In this document: positions 22,539 through 35,085 of the stretch, piece by piece
Layout: each line of letters opens with the position of its first letter
Numbering within the stretch: position 1 is the first letter of the stretch
NCBI GenBank assembly: GCA_047495785.1
Contig: JBLDXI010000081.1
Coordinates: forward strand, 1-64,000
Direction of reading: 5' to 3'
DNA: 64,000 nucleotides
From: Lepidodermella squamata
Lineage: Eukaryota; Animalia; Gastrotricha
The notes under the pieces: generated by a model
Seen by the model: only the letters and a program-made list of their open reading frames with translations
What the model was told of the DNA's origin: nothing
Database searches by the model: none
Made by a program: the position numbers and the translations under genes

Positions 22539-25500
22539 TCAAGATTCTTCATCGTCTTCATTATCAGCTGCATCCGATTGGATCTGAATTCTCTGACCAT
22601 TCGCAGGCTTGATAAAATCATGTTCAGCCGACTCAGCTTTCAGAAACTCGCAGAGAACTGGTTTAGCCAAGTCGCAAGAATCAGCCGCGAAAACGCCTTG
22701 TGGTTCTAAAGCTCCACCTAAGATGCAAACACATTGAAATCAAAGCTAAAGAGAAGAAGTTCAAGCTATTACATTCACGATCAGCCTGTTTTTGCGGGGC
22801 TTGTCCTTTCGAAACCGCCAACCCACCAAACCATTGCCATCGCCCTGCCTCGGGAATTCGAGCTCCAAGCCACGCGCCTCGACTATCAGATTCATAGGCA
22901 AAATTCAGCAAAATCTTCTCGATCTTCGCGAGTTCAGTAGCAGAAGAAGCGATCGCAAGGAAACCACCCTTTCTGCCGCATTCTGCCAAGCTAGTTCCTC
23001 AGTGAAATAATCGTAGAAAGTCACCTGAAAAATTCGAAATTTTATCAAAATTCCCTGCACCTTGAAAGCTAACCTTGGGCGATCGGTAGAACCGGCAGAT
23101 GACGGGCTTCTTTTCAGCGCATTCGTCAGCTTTGAAAACAGCCTTTCCATCTTCAACTCGATAACTGAGACACCAATTGGCTGCTTCAGAATCGATTTCA
23201 GCATCAAAAGTTGACCCATCGACCCAAAAAGCTTGATCCTTTGGCTGGAACCGCAATCCAATCCAAGCTGGTGATCCATCGAGAGTTGAAACAGCTTTAT
23301 CTAGATCGTTATCGTCAGTTAGAACAGCTAGGTAGCCACCTTCTTTACGGCAATTTTCGAATGCGTCACTTGCAGTTGATTCGCTGGCGAGGAAGAAGTG
23401 TTTCGCCATCGCATTCCCGATTTCAGATCGAGCCGTTGAGCCGCAGACTGGAATTTTTGAGCAATATTCGAATTTTCTAGTATCAGAGGCGAGAAAACAC
23501 ATCGGAGCTCGGGAGTTGCTGTACGGCATTCGACACGCGTTGCCCTTCATTGTACCCTGTGGGAAGTAATTCGGGTGCAGTTCGCTGCGGTTCAACTTCT
23601 CCCAGTTAGCACATTGTTTGCCTGAATCAGTCGTCGAAACTGGCCCATCGTAATCGTTGCCGTTCTTCGTGATTCTACAACCGCTTTTCGCTAGGTCGGA
23701 CGCCTTCTCACCGGCGGCAGTTGCGTAGATGAAGAGATTGAAGCCTGTGTTGCTCGAGTCGCCCTTCTTGAATGACTGGAAGATCACGATAGCCCAATTT
23801 CTGTCGGTCCAAGCGACGCGGCCGGATGAAACTCCAGCTCGGCAAAATCTAAACAAAATTTATTAAATTTAAAGATTTGAAGGAGTCTAATCATATGTGA
23901 GGCGGTTCGGTCTAATATGATACAAGAAACTTACTTTGGCCCACTTTTCGTAGGGTCAGCGTCGGTTTTGATTTCGACATAGTCCTCGCAAATGCCTGAA
24001 TCACAAAAATAATCCAATACACGATTTGAATGTCAAAATTCGGTCGTTACCGTTAAAATGTTGCGAATGCTTAATTTGCGGCGTGTCTTCAAACCCAAAC
24101 AGCAATCCGCTTCTTTTTGGCTAACTATAAAAAAGAGAGCAATATTGAAATTATCAACTTATTTCGACGAACCGCTCTGATCAGCCAAACACAGCGCATA
24201 TTAGGCTTGTAAGGTCGCGGGTGGTCGGGCGAGGTTAAGGAGGCAACCTCGTCAGCTTTGATTTCAGCAACGCCGCCACAGGAGGTTGACTCTAGAGCTG
24301 AGCAATCATCGCCTCCGAAGCCATCGGGGCACAAACATTTCCTGCAGTTGTTCGGATCTTGGTAGCCACCGTTTTGACACTTCACCTTAGTTGATCCACA
24401 GCTCATTTCTAGAAAAGAAGAACATTGAATTTCCAGTTTCAAATTAGGAAATCCTGATCTATGGATGTAAGAAATGAAACACGCATGCAGTTGTAGTGGA
24501 AATTGACTCGTTTTGCATCATTGAACGCAATGTAATCGCGCTGACCCATCGAAGCTAAGTAGCGGCGATCATGCGGCACGATAGTGCGCTGTTTCCGATC
24601 TTGTGAGAATGAATTCGAGGTGTAATGCATGACGGACGAAAAATCATAGGGCGTTCCGTAATTTCTATCCTCATTAGCCTTCAACGGGTAGAAATTGTGA
24701 TGCATTTTCCTATGTAAGCAACAAATGGAAAATAATAGAAAACTTGTAGTATCGTAGCATATAGCCGCTAAAGCAGCCGCCATTGTAAAGCAAAGGGGGG
24801 AAATTCAATATTCGGATAGGTGATCGACGCGTCAATTGACCTAGGACCGAAATCTCAACGAAGGACACTTACCAGAGATCAGCGCATGCCAAATTCATGA
24901 AAAGCATGGCTGAATTCATTAAATAGCAGCATGAAAAGATGACCGAAACGAAACATATTTTCCATTCAAGCGTCCATTCAAGATTTTGGAACCCTAAGGT
25001 CAGGCGACGCGGCGACCGGGGACCTGAAATTTTGAATTCCCCACAAATGCGTTACCATGGAAAATTTTAAATTTTAAATAATTAAATTTTAAAATATTTT
25101 TCAAGCTTTAAATGTTAAATTATTTTAATAAGAAAATTGACACGTTCAGAATTAGAAAACGTTCGATTTGTTTTCTGGCTGTTTTGACGCCGCCGGTTTG
25201 ACGGAGTCAAAAAGTCCGAGTTTTCGCTCCCATAAAAACGTTTTCTTTATCTATACCGATATCAAATTCAAGATTACGGGCCTAACGGAAGTATGATATT
25301 AAGCGTAAGCCAAGAGCGTCCAATCAACGTTGAGAAATCCAAATCTCAGCCGTTGAGTACCTCCGCCGTTTAGTAGCTTAGAAATTTTACAAACTTCTCG
25401 ATGGCGTCGAAGAAGACACGAATGTGGGTCTCGCCATCGAAACGATTCTGTTCGTGTTCCTAAACAAATTAAATGCTAATAGAAGATGCTTGAAACTTAG

Positions 25501-27348
25501 TTCACTTACCAATCCAAGGGCGTGGCCTAATTCGTGAGCTACTATGGCAACCTGTGTTAAATTTGCAATACTTATAGGTAGTGCATCAACAGAGTATTGG
25601 CACAAGTACTAACCATATCACATCCTGTGCCAATCGAAACATTCTGGAATTTTCTTTCCTGGGACATTCCTAGAATCGAGTAGCACCTGTTACAGAAAAA
25701 AATAATATCGTTTTGTTAATATTGAGTTATTCTTACCCGTCATCACTAATGAAATGGATTCCGTTCCTACGCAACGGGCGGAAAACCAGTCTAAATCGAA
25801 CACAAGTCATTTTCTCCCACTGTTTTACTGCCTTCCGAATGACATCAGCAACATCTCGAGCTAATGGGAACAAAATTAGCTGCAATTTCAAGATACAAGG
25901 AAACTTCTTACTGATAGCTTTGTCGAAAGAGTAGTATATCGGAAAATTCCACTTCCTAGTCTCAACGTTGATTCCACGGACAGAGTCGTCGTCGGTCTCG
26001 AGTCCTAATTCATTCTTCAACTCGTTTAGTATTACTCGGGCTTGATCGGCCGAATGGCGGACTCCACATGCAGGCACCGGTCGAAAATCGATAGTCCGGT
26101 GCTCATCGTCCTCTTCGTCAGGATTCGGCGGCATCAATCTGACAGCTTCGTCCTCGTCTTCATTTTCCGATTCTTGGTCTTGGCGCGATTCATCCTGTTA
26201 ATGAAAAAACGACACAAATTAAACTCGAGCAGTGTACGAAGTACGAAAGCAATGGGGCGTTTTGTAAATTGCAAATTTCGGAATTTCCGAAATTCAAAAT
26301 AGAAATTCAAAATTAATTTTTGTTAGAAATTCCTGAAATTTTGCGAACAATTGAATTTCAAAAATAAATTTTCCAAATCCTAAATTTCTAAAAAAACGGA
26401 AGGTGCAACCCAATTATAAAAAGTAGCGAGAGATTTTGGGCCTCGGTGATTTAAATTGCGATATACCGTCGTTTGGGGTGAATTGGGCAAATTCGCCCCA
26501 AAAAACCTGCCCAGTTTGCCCCATACCTGGGCGAATTGAGATAAATGAATTTTCGGAATCCGGACCCTGTGAAAACGTGTAAATATGCAATAAAATCAGG
26601 GGTTAATTTGTTCACTGCCCAACTCGCCCCAAATGACGGTAGTGAATTCATTACCAAAAATTTTTAAATCCCCAATTTCAAGTCCCCTAAGCCATAACCC
26701 TAAGCCTAACCCTAACCCGTTATAAACCGAATAAAAAGGTTAGGTATTAAATTTAAATGAAGTTTGGTACCGCCTTAAGAGTTTCACTGAAGGAGCGTCT
26801 CGTAACTCCCAGTTTGAAATTCAGAAAACAATTCAAAATTCATGACCGTTGGAAATTCCGGAAAATTCTAAATTTTAATTTTTCAAACCAAAATTTCTAC
26901 AAATATGGACTGTGCAACCTCATTTTAAACAGTAGCCGCAGATTTTGAAATTTTCCACCTACCTCTGTCATCGCTTTTCGCCTTTGTTCCATTAGCTGGG
27001 CTATTTCCTCGTAGATAGCAGCTGTTTCAGTGTCGTCATTAATCGCTGTATCCTCGTCGACATCAACAGCTGGCGTGGAGGTTTCGCCGCCATCTGTATA
27101 ATCGAGATCTTCGTTGTAAGGCTCCTCGCTAACATGGCGTCGTACCTGAAATATGGATTTTTAGGATTTTTTAGAATTTGAAAATATTTACGAGAGGAAT
27201 TATCGGAGGCAAAAAAAATGATTAGAACTCGCGATAAAATTACCTTGGTTAGGTAGCTGTCATTATAGGCATTTCTACTACCCAAAGCCGATGAATGGCA
27301 GCTAGAAAGACACAGCGTAAGAATGAGGATAATAGGCAAAACAATCAT
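22539..27348 (-). CDS. Astacin metalloprotease A: signal-pro-astacin-EGF-CUB-kringle-CTLD-CTLD
   Basis: HELGHALGL|EHEQNR zinc motif across an intron, SVMHY Met-turn, CQNGGYQDP..C.CPDGFGG EGF, LTSPDHP..Y..CVW CUB, YDG..STTDSG.QCANW kringle, WIGL and WLGA lectin domains. Confidence 0.88.
26684..26718 (+). repeat. Degenerate (CCCTAA)n tract in astacin A intron
   Basis: ccctaagccataaccctaagcctaaccctaaccc. Confidence 0.6.
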
Positions 27349-27467
27349 TATCTCTAAACAAAAACTAGAATGACTAAAGACGGAACTTACTTACTTACTT
27401 CAAATAGTTCGAGGCCCGCGTCCAGCGTCCATATGGCTTCGTAACAAGTTTGAGCTTTGAGCACGCC

Positions 27468-27501
27468 CATAGACATAAGGACATCTTAAATTATGTCTCT
27501 G
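27468..27501. mobile_element. 34-bp hAT-type mini-element
   Basis: catagacataa...ttatgtctctg flanked by 8-bp TSD agcacgcc; empty site in the paralogous sequence near 48710. Confidence 0.8.
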
Positions 27502-28274
27502 AGCACGCCTTAAGTAAATTTGCTAATCCATTTTAACAAATGGTGCGCGATACAGTGCTCCCTCGTTAGTGGCACCCTCGCTAAAAGAACTTCCTCGTTT
27601 GTTGACCGTAATTTTGGACCCCGCAAAACAAATCAGTTGCTAATTTTAAATTAAACGAAGAATAATTATCTGAACAGTTACACAAATTAAGTGTGAACAT
27701 GTTTTAAATTAGCGTTCCTAGAAACCTAGCGGCGCGTTTTCGTAGTTTTGAGGTTTTGAGAGGTGCAGTTATTTCAAGTTCAGTTAAACGAGTTGACAGA
27801 TCATCAGTGCACGTAAAGCTGTTCATGAGTTTGATTATGCAACAGAGTTTGTGGATTAGCTGCCACTTGAGTCGTGCTGCGAGTCGCACACTGCTATTTT
27901 CAATTACAAATCCATCATAATTTCCACCAGCTCATCAGAAGCGAATCAGCAATTTAGTTTCATTCTATAATTTATTCCTATTTCCATATATTATTCCCTC
28001 AATTAAGCCTGAGGTCACTTGCTCATCAGCTATTCACCCATCTGAATTGCCTTGTTTTTTTATGTTTTATGAGTTTTCCCTGCCAGAATAATCTCTTTGA
28101 ATCTATCAGCATGGTCATATCGTTATTCAAAACGAGATTTTTAGTTTGAAAACTGACATTTTTAGTTATTTCCTACTCAGATACTCCTATTCGGAAGATA
28201 TTTTTTCGTTTTTTAAAGGAAATCCTGCTGGCACAAACCGTGAACCGATTAGGAAATCCTTCTTTAAAAACCAG

Positions 28275-28460
28275 GAAAGTGGCCCTTCGTAATCATAGAC
28301 AGAATTCGTGATTCTACAACCGCTTTTCGCTAGGTCGGACGCCTTCTCGCCGGCGGCAGTTGCGTAGATGAAGAGATTGAAGCCTGTGTTGCTCGAGTCG
28401 CCCTTCTTGAATGACTGGAACGACTGGAAGATCACGATAGCCCAATTTCTATCGGTCCAT
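28275..28460 (-). pseudogene. Isolated copy of astacin CUB-end/kringle-start segment
   Basis: Near-identical to about 23640-23810 with a 9-bp tandem duplication (QSFQSF). Confidence 0.85.
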
Positions 28461-29098
28461 TTCCGGCAAATCTCTTGATTACCACATTTGATAAAATCGA
28501 GCTTGTTTGTCTTTTCATTCAATAAAATGAATTAGCAGATATTATTAATTTTATTATAGCTCTTTATAGACCCCGGTTTGCCAATTTCTTTTCGGAGAGT
28601 TTAAATAGCAGACGTAGTAACACGAAAATAAGAGAAAATAAATGAAATAGGAGAAATAAAAATAATAAAAAATTATGTGCATTTTCTGGTTTTATTCATG
28701 GTTTTATTTAGCACTGGACCTATTGGCGGTCAAAAATGTCGTACGGTCCATAAATAAATTAGCCCCGAGTTCTTGGACGTTTTATTGAAGACTGAATTTT
28801 GACTGAGTTTTATTGAATTGAACGCATTAGTGCGCGGTTTTCTATCGCCTTGCCAATTTTTGAGCCGACTAATGGCGTGAATGCGCTACAATTTTCATCG
28901 TAAACGGCCAATATCGAGGTTTTTAGCTGCCGGAGGAAACCACTGCGGATCCGTAAATGTGCCTATATTACAGAAAGAGCAAAACAATAGTAAATTTGTT
29001 AAAAAAATTACACACGTTGTAGAATGCTTTACGTTAATGCTCACGCGAAGAAGCTTTATTCAAGCCTTTTTTGTAGCTGGCTTTTTAAAATCCTCAAA

Positions 29099-31880
29099 AT
29101 GCACCACCTAAAAGCTAGTACAATCGCTTTGCTTTGGCTGGTTTCCGAAGTAGTTGTTGCTCAAGATACTGCAGAATGCGGCGCTGTAAACCCGACTGCT
29201 ATGGCGAAATCGCGAGGCCCAGGCAGCCATCCCGCAGCACCGAATGACTACCCTTGGCTGGTTCGTTTTAATTTATAATCAAATCGATCTATCTCAAACA
29301 GGATGTTGCGATAGGTCTTTCTTGAAATTAACAAAAGCGGCGAACCGTTAGCGTCGTACTGCGGAGCTTCCCTCATCTCGAAGCAATGGCTGATTACAGC
29401 TGCTCATTGTGTTTGGAATGCTGGAAAGACTCCTATCCTGTACGTATAATTTTTATTTCCCCTTTTCGATGGTATATTTTTTAGTTGATCAGGATCAAAG
29501 CACTGCTAGGTCGCCATAATATCACTGTTCGTTCAGAGGCGGCCTCCTACGAATCGCTGGTGTCGCTGCCTCCTTTAGTGCATCCTCTTTACAACAGGAG
29601 TCGGAATTTCTTTGACTTTGATTTTGCTCTCTTGCGACTGATGAGCCCGGTTCCTAGATTCTCGCAGCAGATCAAACCGATTTGTTTGCCTGACGCGAGA
29701 ACCATGTGCCAAGCCAATTCTGTCACCGCCGCTTCGATCGACGGATGCGATTCAGCGGTTGCGGCTGGCTGGGGTCACTTTGTGAACAGTATGCTTTGTC
29801 AATTTAACATCATTCCCGCCCCCGTTCTACCTTTTTCTTATCTGTCTCTTGTATTCTAGTCAGATTATCTGAGATCCCGAGAAAGCTGGATCTTCAAGTT
29901 CGATCGTACCAAAATTGCTCGCTGGAATATTCCCGCGGCCGCTCGGATCCGGTCACCATCACCGACTCGAAGATGTGTTTCGCTGCCGATAACAGCGATA
30001 TTTGCTTCGGGGATTCTGGAGGCCCTCTCATGTGCTTGAAATCGAGACAGACTTACCTACTCGGCGTAATTTCGAATGGCTATGATTCATGCAACGGATA
30101 CACTCCTGGTATCTACAGCAGAGTCTGCAAAGTTCTCGATTGGATTTCCGGCAACACAGATGTTCGCAGCCAGATAGTGATGCGCTCCGATTTTGGCTAA
30201 TCGCGATTAAATCACGATTAAGTCGAATCGAATTTTAATCATGGCGCTCGTCCCAAAATCGTCTTTCCTGGCATCGATTAATCGCCCGATTAATCGCCCG
30301 ATTAATCGGCTATGATAGATGTTCTGACAAGACAGTGTAGAGGCGAATCTGCTTACGTTCATTCCTATTTCTTTTTTTCTTCTATTGCATTCTTTTTTCT
30401 AAGCATTTTGTTCGATGAGGAGGACGCTTTGTTAAGAAAAATCTATTCGCTATTTGAAAATTGCATGCATAACAGGAAACTGATTGATTATCGATTATCG
30501 ATTATCGATTTGCGCTCATCCAATGGTCTCTATCAATTAACGGTTCGTATCATCTTGTTCAGCGTAAAAAGTTACCCTAGAGCCCAAATTTTCATCAAAA
30601 CAGGGTGAATGGTTGTGAAGAAATCGCGCAATCAAAATTTGGTTTCCGGCTATTGAATTGATCAATTAATTGGATTATAAAAATAAAAATCTCAAAGAAA
30701 TCGGCAAAACCGCTTCTTTTCATGTCGAAACCCCCCTTAGAAAGGTAGTTTTTCACGAGGAATCAGAATCTGCTTTCAGAATTTCAATAGCCATCATACT
30801 TCCGGAGATAATTAGTACTAATTAATAAATTTATTGCTTTATTGCACTCAATTTATTTTGCATCACCAAAACCAATTTAGGTCGAGTAACACATAGAATT
30901 ACTCAGTTTTTTGCGTAGAATCTCGTGGAATTGTCAGATTGAGGATACGAGTTGATAGTAATGCTAGAAGCGCGTTCAAATATTTGTTACAAACAAGCCT
31001 ATCTGATTATGATTTTACTTGAATTTAATACAGCGCCCACGATTAATCGATTTGATTTGTCGGGCGATTCGATTGACGATTTAATCGCGATTAACACGAT
31101 TCGATTATCGTGGAAATCGAATTTTAATCGATTAAAGAAAAAATAATCGGCGCGCATCACTACAGCCAGACTACCCTGAGTACTCCGGAGCAATCTTGCG
31201 CTGTGCCTAACCTATCCGCGGGATTTGTAACCCGAGTGGACCCTGATACTTCGGAAGATACCGACGCGGTTCTAAGACCTGGAACTGCTGTAGAGAAAGG
31301 TGGGTTCGTGAGCCTGAAATGCAACCCTGGTTACACCTATTCGTCCTCTGTTTCGATCGCTACATGCGTACCTCCATTTCGACCGGTGATAAATGGCAGG
31401 TGTAATCCGACAAGTAAGTGAAATCAGAGTTTATTCTGCTGGGATAGTTCATACGTATGATGAAGACTGCGGCCCCGCCCCCGTACCGAGTAACGGCTAT
31501 TTGGCCAGCTCATCCAACAGATCGACATCTTACTTGTCCACTGTGACATTCGTGTGCAATCCAGGCTTCAAACTCGTTGGCCAGGGAACAAGCCAATGCC
31601 AGGCAAACGGCAGCTGGTCTGCGGCTGGTAGCTGTGAAGCATTAGGTGACTCATTTTCAAGTCATTCTGCATCCCTTTAACAAAATTATCGTGTAAAGTT
31701 TGTGGACCGCCACCCTCGATACCAAACGGCAACGTATCCCCTGGTCTATCGAACGTCGGAGCCACTCGAACCATATCATGCAACCTCAATTTCGAGATTC
31801 GAGGAAATGCTGTCATATCTTGCCTTTCGAACGTAGCCTGGTCCCAGCCTGGTTCTTGCGTCTCCAGGCAGCGAAGACCT
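29099..31880 (+). CDS. Trypsin-like serine protease + 3 sushi/CCP domains, copy A, interrupted by a hAT MITE
   Basis: Signal peptide, LITAAHC, DFALL, DICFGDSGGP; CCP motifs CNPGY, CNPGF..C..NGSWS; multiple short introns. Confidence 0.85.
30175..31162. mobile_element. hAT-type non-autonomous element inserted in a coding exon
   Basis: TIR tagtgatgcgc...gcgcatcacta, 8-bp TSD cagccaga at 30167-30174 and 31163-31170; many cgatta/taatcg subterminal repeats. Confidence 0.93.
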
Positions 31881-31900
31881 GTAAGTTTTCCAAAGGAATT

Positions 31901-32169
31901 CACTAGGAAAAAAATATAGCTTTTTAGCTCAGGACCCCTCGAAATGCTATTGCTAGAAATCTCGTTCCCGTACCCTTATTTAGCTATTTTTAGCTATTTA
32001 GCCATGTTCAACCATTGTGTGCGTAATCCTTTAATCCTTTAACAATGAATTATGGCTAAATGTTCATGGCTAAATAGCCAAAAAAGCTAAATAAGGGTAC
32101 GTAGAAGAGATTATTAGCAAGAGCATTTCGAGGGGTCCTGAGCTAAAAAGCTATATTTTTTTCCTAGTG
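31901..32169. mobile_element. MITE with CACTA...TAGTG termini and ~50-bp TIRs
   Basis: cactaggaaaaaaatatagctttttagctcaggacccctcgaaatgct and its reverse complement; no clear TSD. Confidence 0.85.
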
Positions 32170-32958
32170 AATACACCAGTCACTGGGCAATAGGACGCAG
32201 AATCACAGCTTCACTAGTGAAAACAGTAAAACCATCGCAACATACAGGGTGTTGCGCTCACTGCGATAACCAGCGGTAAATCGTCCATGTTGGTTTGAAA
32301 AAGGGGCTGGAACATTTCATTAGCTAAGCAGATGTCGATGGCATTGCGTGTTCAAAATTAAGAATCGAAGTAACATGCACGTCTTTTTTGCTGTAGCTCT
32401 ATTTAATACGGTCATTTGAGCTGTACCGAGGGTACGGTTCGTCAGGCTGTACAACTAGTACAGTTATTTTGACTGATGTTTTACCGCGAGTAAACCTCCC
32501 GCCACCTTGTATTACAGTTTACAGTATTTCTGAAGAGGGGTTCGAAACACCCTTAGATTACTCAAAAATAGAAAATTCGGCTCGCCTTCTCTGTCCTGTT
32601 TTTCCCCGTCTACTCTCTGATTCCTTTCATACTACTCATCACTTTTGTCTTTGCTTTCTTCCAGATAATCGCCAGCTTTCCTTCTCCTAATAATGTGTCC
32701 GATACTTCCTCTTTTAGAGTTAAATTCAGCGTGTGCCCGTCCGATGTCATGAGCGGCGCACTGTCCCGGGCAAGCGCCGTGTTGTTATGTGCCCAAACCT
32801 TCCTTATCTCGAACCCTATATCGCCTATATATTGTCGTCAGTTGAAGTTACCTTTTTGTTTACTTTCAAAGAAATAGTGCGTTTTCAGCTTCAGAATTCG
32901 ATCAGGTTCTATAGGAATTTTAATTTCTGTTTGTTTTTGCTATATTTAGGTCCGTGAA

Positions 32959-34716
32959 GTGTACGACCAGTTGTGGAATGTTACAAGTAACACTGCCGAC
33001 GTGGCGCAGGTGCGGCAACTCGTTGCGGAGATCGACGAATCCACTGGAGGTAAATTCGACCCGAACTGGCGCAACCCCAGAAAGATTGACTGCAGCCATG
33101 GTTGGTATGTGACTAATGGCACCCTGCTGCATAGTGTTTTGTGCGCTGAGACGCAATCAGACCAACGCTCGCAAATTGCGCAGTTTCTTATCGATCGTGG
33201 AGCTGATGTAAATGAGAGGGAGGATGACCATGGCAGGACGGCATTGGTGTGGGCGGCTGCGAGTGGGCATATTGAAGCAGTTCGCCTGTTGTTGGATCGC
33301 AACGCGGCAATCGAGGCCAAGGATATCAATGGCTGGACGGCGTTGATGAATGCGGCTGGGAATGGGCATATCGAAGTAGCTCGACTGTTGCTGGATCGCA
33401 ACGCTGACATTAAGGCCAGGGGTGACTATGGCAGGACGGCGTTGATGAATGCGGCTGGGAATGGTCATATCGAAGTAGCTCGACTGTTGCTGGATCACAA
33501 CGCTGACATCGAGGCACAGACTATCAATGGCTGGACGGCGTTGATGAATGCGGCTGGGAGTGGGCATTTCGAAGTAGTTCGCCTGTTGCTGGATCGCAGC
33601 GCTGAAATTGAGGCCAGGAATGACTATGGAGTGACGGCGTTGATGAATGCGGCTGAGAATGGTCATATCGAAGTAGCTCGTCTATTACTGGATCGCAACG
33701 CTGCCATCGAGGCACAGACTATCAATGGCTGGACGGCGTTGATGAATGCGGCTGGGAGTGGGCATTTCGAAGTAGTTCGCCTGTTGCTGGATCGCAGCGC
33801 TGACATTGAGGCCAGGAATGACTATGGAGTGACGGCGTTGATGAATGCGGCTGAGAATGGTCATATCGAAGTAGCTCGTCTATTACTGGATCGCAACGCT
33901 GCCATCGAGGCCAAGTCCAACATTGGCTGGACGGCGTTGATGTTTGCAGCTGTGTATGGGCAAGTCGAAGTAGTTCGCCTGTTGTTGGATCGCAACGCGG
34001 CAATCGAGGCCAAGGATATCGATGGCTGGACGGTGCTGAATAATGCGGCTAGGTATGAGCATATTGAAGTAGTTCGCCTGTTGCTGGATCGCAACGCTGC
34101 CATCGACGCGAAGAATAATGATGGCTGGACTGCGTTGATGTATGCGGCTAGGGAAGGGCGAGTCGAAATAGCTCGGCTGTTACTGGATCGCAACGCTGCC
34201 ATCGAGGCCAAGTCCAACATTGGATGGACGGCGTTGATGTTTGCGGTAGAGAGTGGGCATGTCGAAGTAGCTCGACTGTTGTTGGATCGCAACGCTACCA
34301 CCGAGGCCAAGTCCAACGATGGCTGGACGGCGCTGAATAATGGGGCTAGGTATGGGCATATTGAAGCAATTCGCCTGTTGCTGGATCGCAACGCTGCCAT
34401 CGAGGCCAAGGAATACAATGGCACGACTGCGTTGATGAATGCGGCTGGGAATGGGCATATTGAAGTCGTTCGCCTGTTGCTGGATCGCAACGCTGCCATC
34501 GAAGCGAAAAATAAGGAAGGTTGGACTGCGTTGATGTATGCGGCTAGGTATGGGGACGTCGAATTAGCTGGGCTGTTGCTCGATAGAGGTGCAAATGAGG
34601 ATGCTAGAAATGTATCTGGCAAGACAGGTCTCGATATCGCGATTTGCAACAACAGAACCGATGTGGCCGATTTGCTGAGATCGCGAGGAGCACGTCGAAC
34701 GGAGTCATCGTGTTGA
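32959..34716 (+). CDS. Ankyrin-repeat protein with 14 tandem 33-aa core repeats in one exon
   Basis: G.TALM.AA..GH.EV.RLLLDRNA.IEA repeats; GTG stands where the paralogue has ATG. Confidence 0.9.
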   Translation: MYDQLWNVTSNTADVAQVRQLVAEIDESTGGKFDPNWRNPRKIDCSHGWYVTNGTLLHSVLCAETQSDQRSQIAQFLIDRGADVNEREDDHGRTALVWAAASGHIEAVRLLLDRNAAIEAKDINGWTALMNAAGNGHIEVARLLLDRNADIKARGDYGRTALMNAAGNGHIEVARLLLDHNADIEAQTINGWTALMNAAGSGHFEVVRLLLDRSAEIEARNDYGVTALMNAAENGHIEVARLLLDRNAAIEAQTINGWTALMNAAGSGHFEVVRLLLDRSADIEARNDYGVTALMNAAENGHIEVARLLLDRNAAIEAKSNIGWTALMFAAVYGQVEVVRLLLDRNAAIEAKDIDGWTVLNNAARYEHIEVVRLLLDRNAAIDAKNNDGWTALMYAAREGRVEIARLLLDRNAAIEAKSNIGWTALMFAVESGHVEVARLLLDRNATTEAKSNDGWTALNNGARYGHIEAIRLLLDRNAAIEAKEYNGTTALMNAAGNGHIEVVRLLLDRNAAIEAKNKEGWTALMYAARYGDVELAGLLLDRGANEDARNVSGKTGLDIAICNNRTDVADLLRSRGARRTESSC

Positions 34717-35085
34717 ACTAAGTGAATCAGTGATCACGCAGATTAATCACATTTCTATTCCGGAATGTTTACCAAGTTGGAAATGTAACTTTTTGTCGGC
34801 TTTTTCTGTTAATCAGCCTCTATGTCGTTCTAACATGCTGTTTTTCTGAAATAGAGGTTGCCGAGTTTCTATATATATCAGAATCATATTAGAGAAAAAA
34901 ATGACCAGAGAGTAATCACACACGCTAAAATTTCGGAATTTGCATTTTTTTCAAAGTTGAATTTCTCAAAACGGATATCTCTGTTTTCACCAAATTTTGC
35001 ATTATAGAACGCGAGCTGCTCTTTCACATGGTACCGTCAGATGGGGTGACTTTAGCTGGCGTGCCAAAATGGGGCGACTTTAGCA

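Noticed and set aside
24760-25385. Insertion in an astacin A intron absent from B
   Set aside because: Probably a transposon, but TIRs and TSD are too degenerate to call.
27550-27620. cagtgctccctcg Tigger/pogo-like terminus (also near 17820)
   Set aside because: No matching opposite terminus found.
33150-34652. Long antisense ORFs over the ankyrin gene, and CRISPR-like periodicity
   Set aside because: Shadows of the 99-bp coding repeat; there are no unique spacers and the context is eukaryotic.
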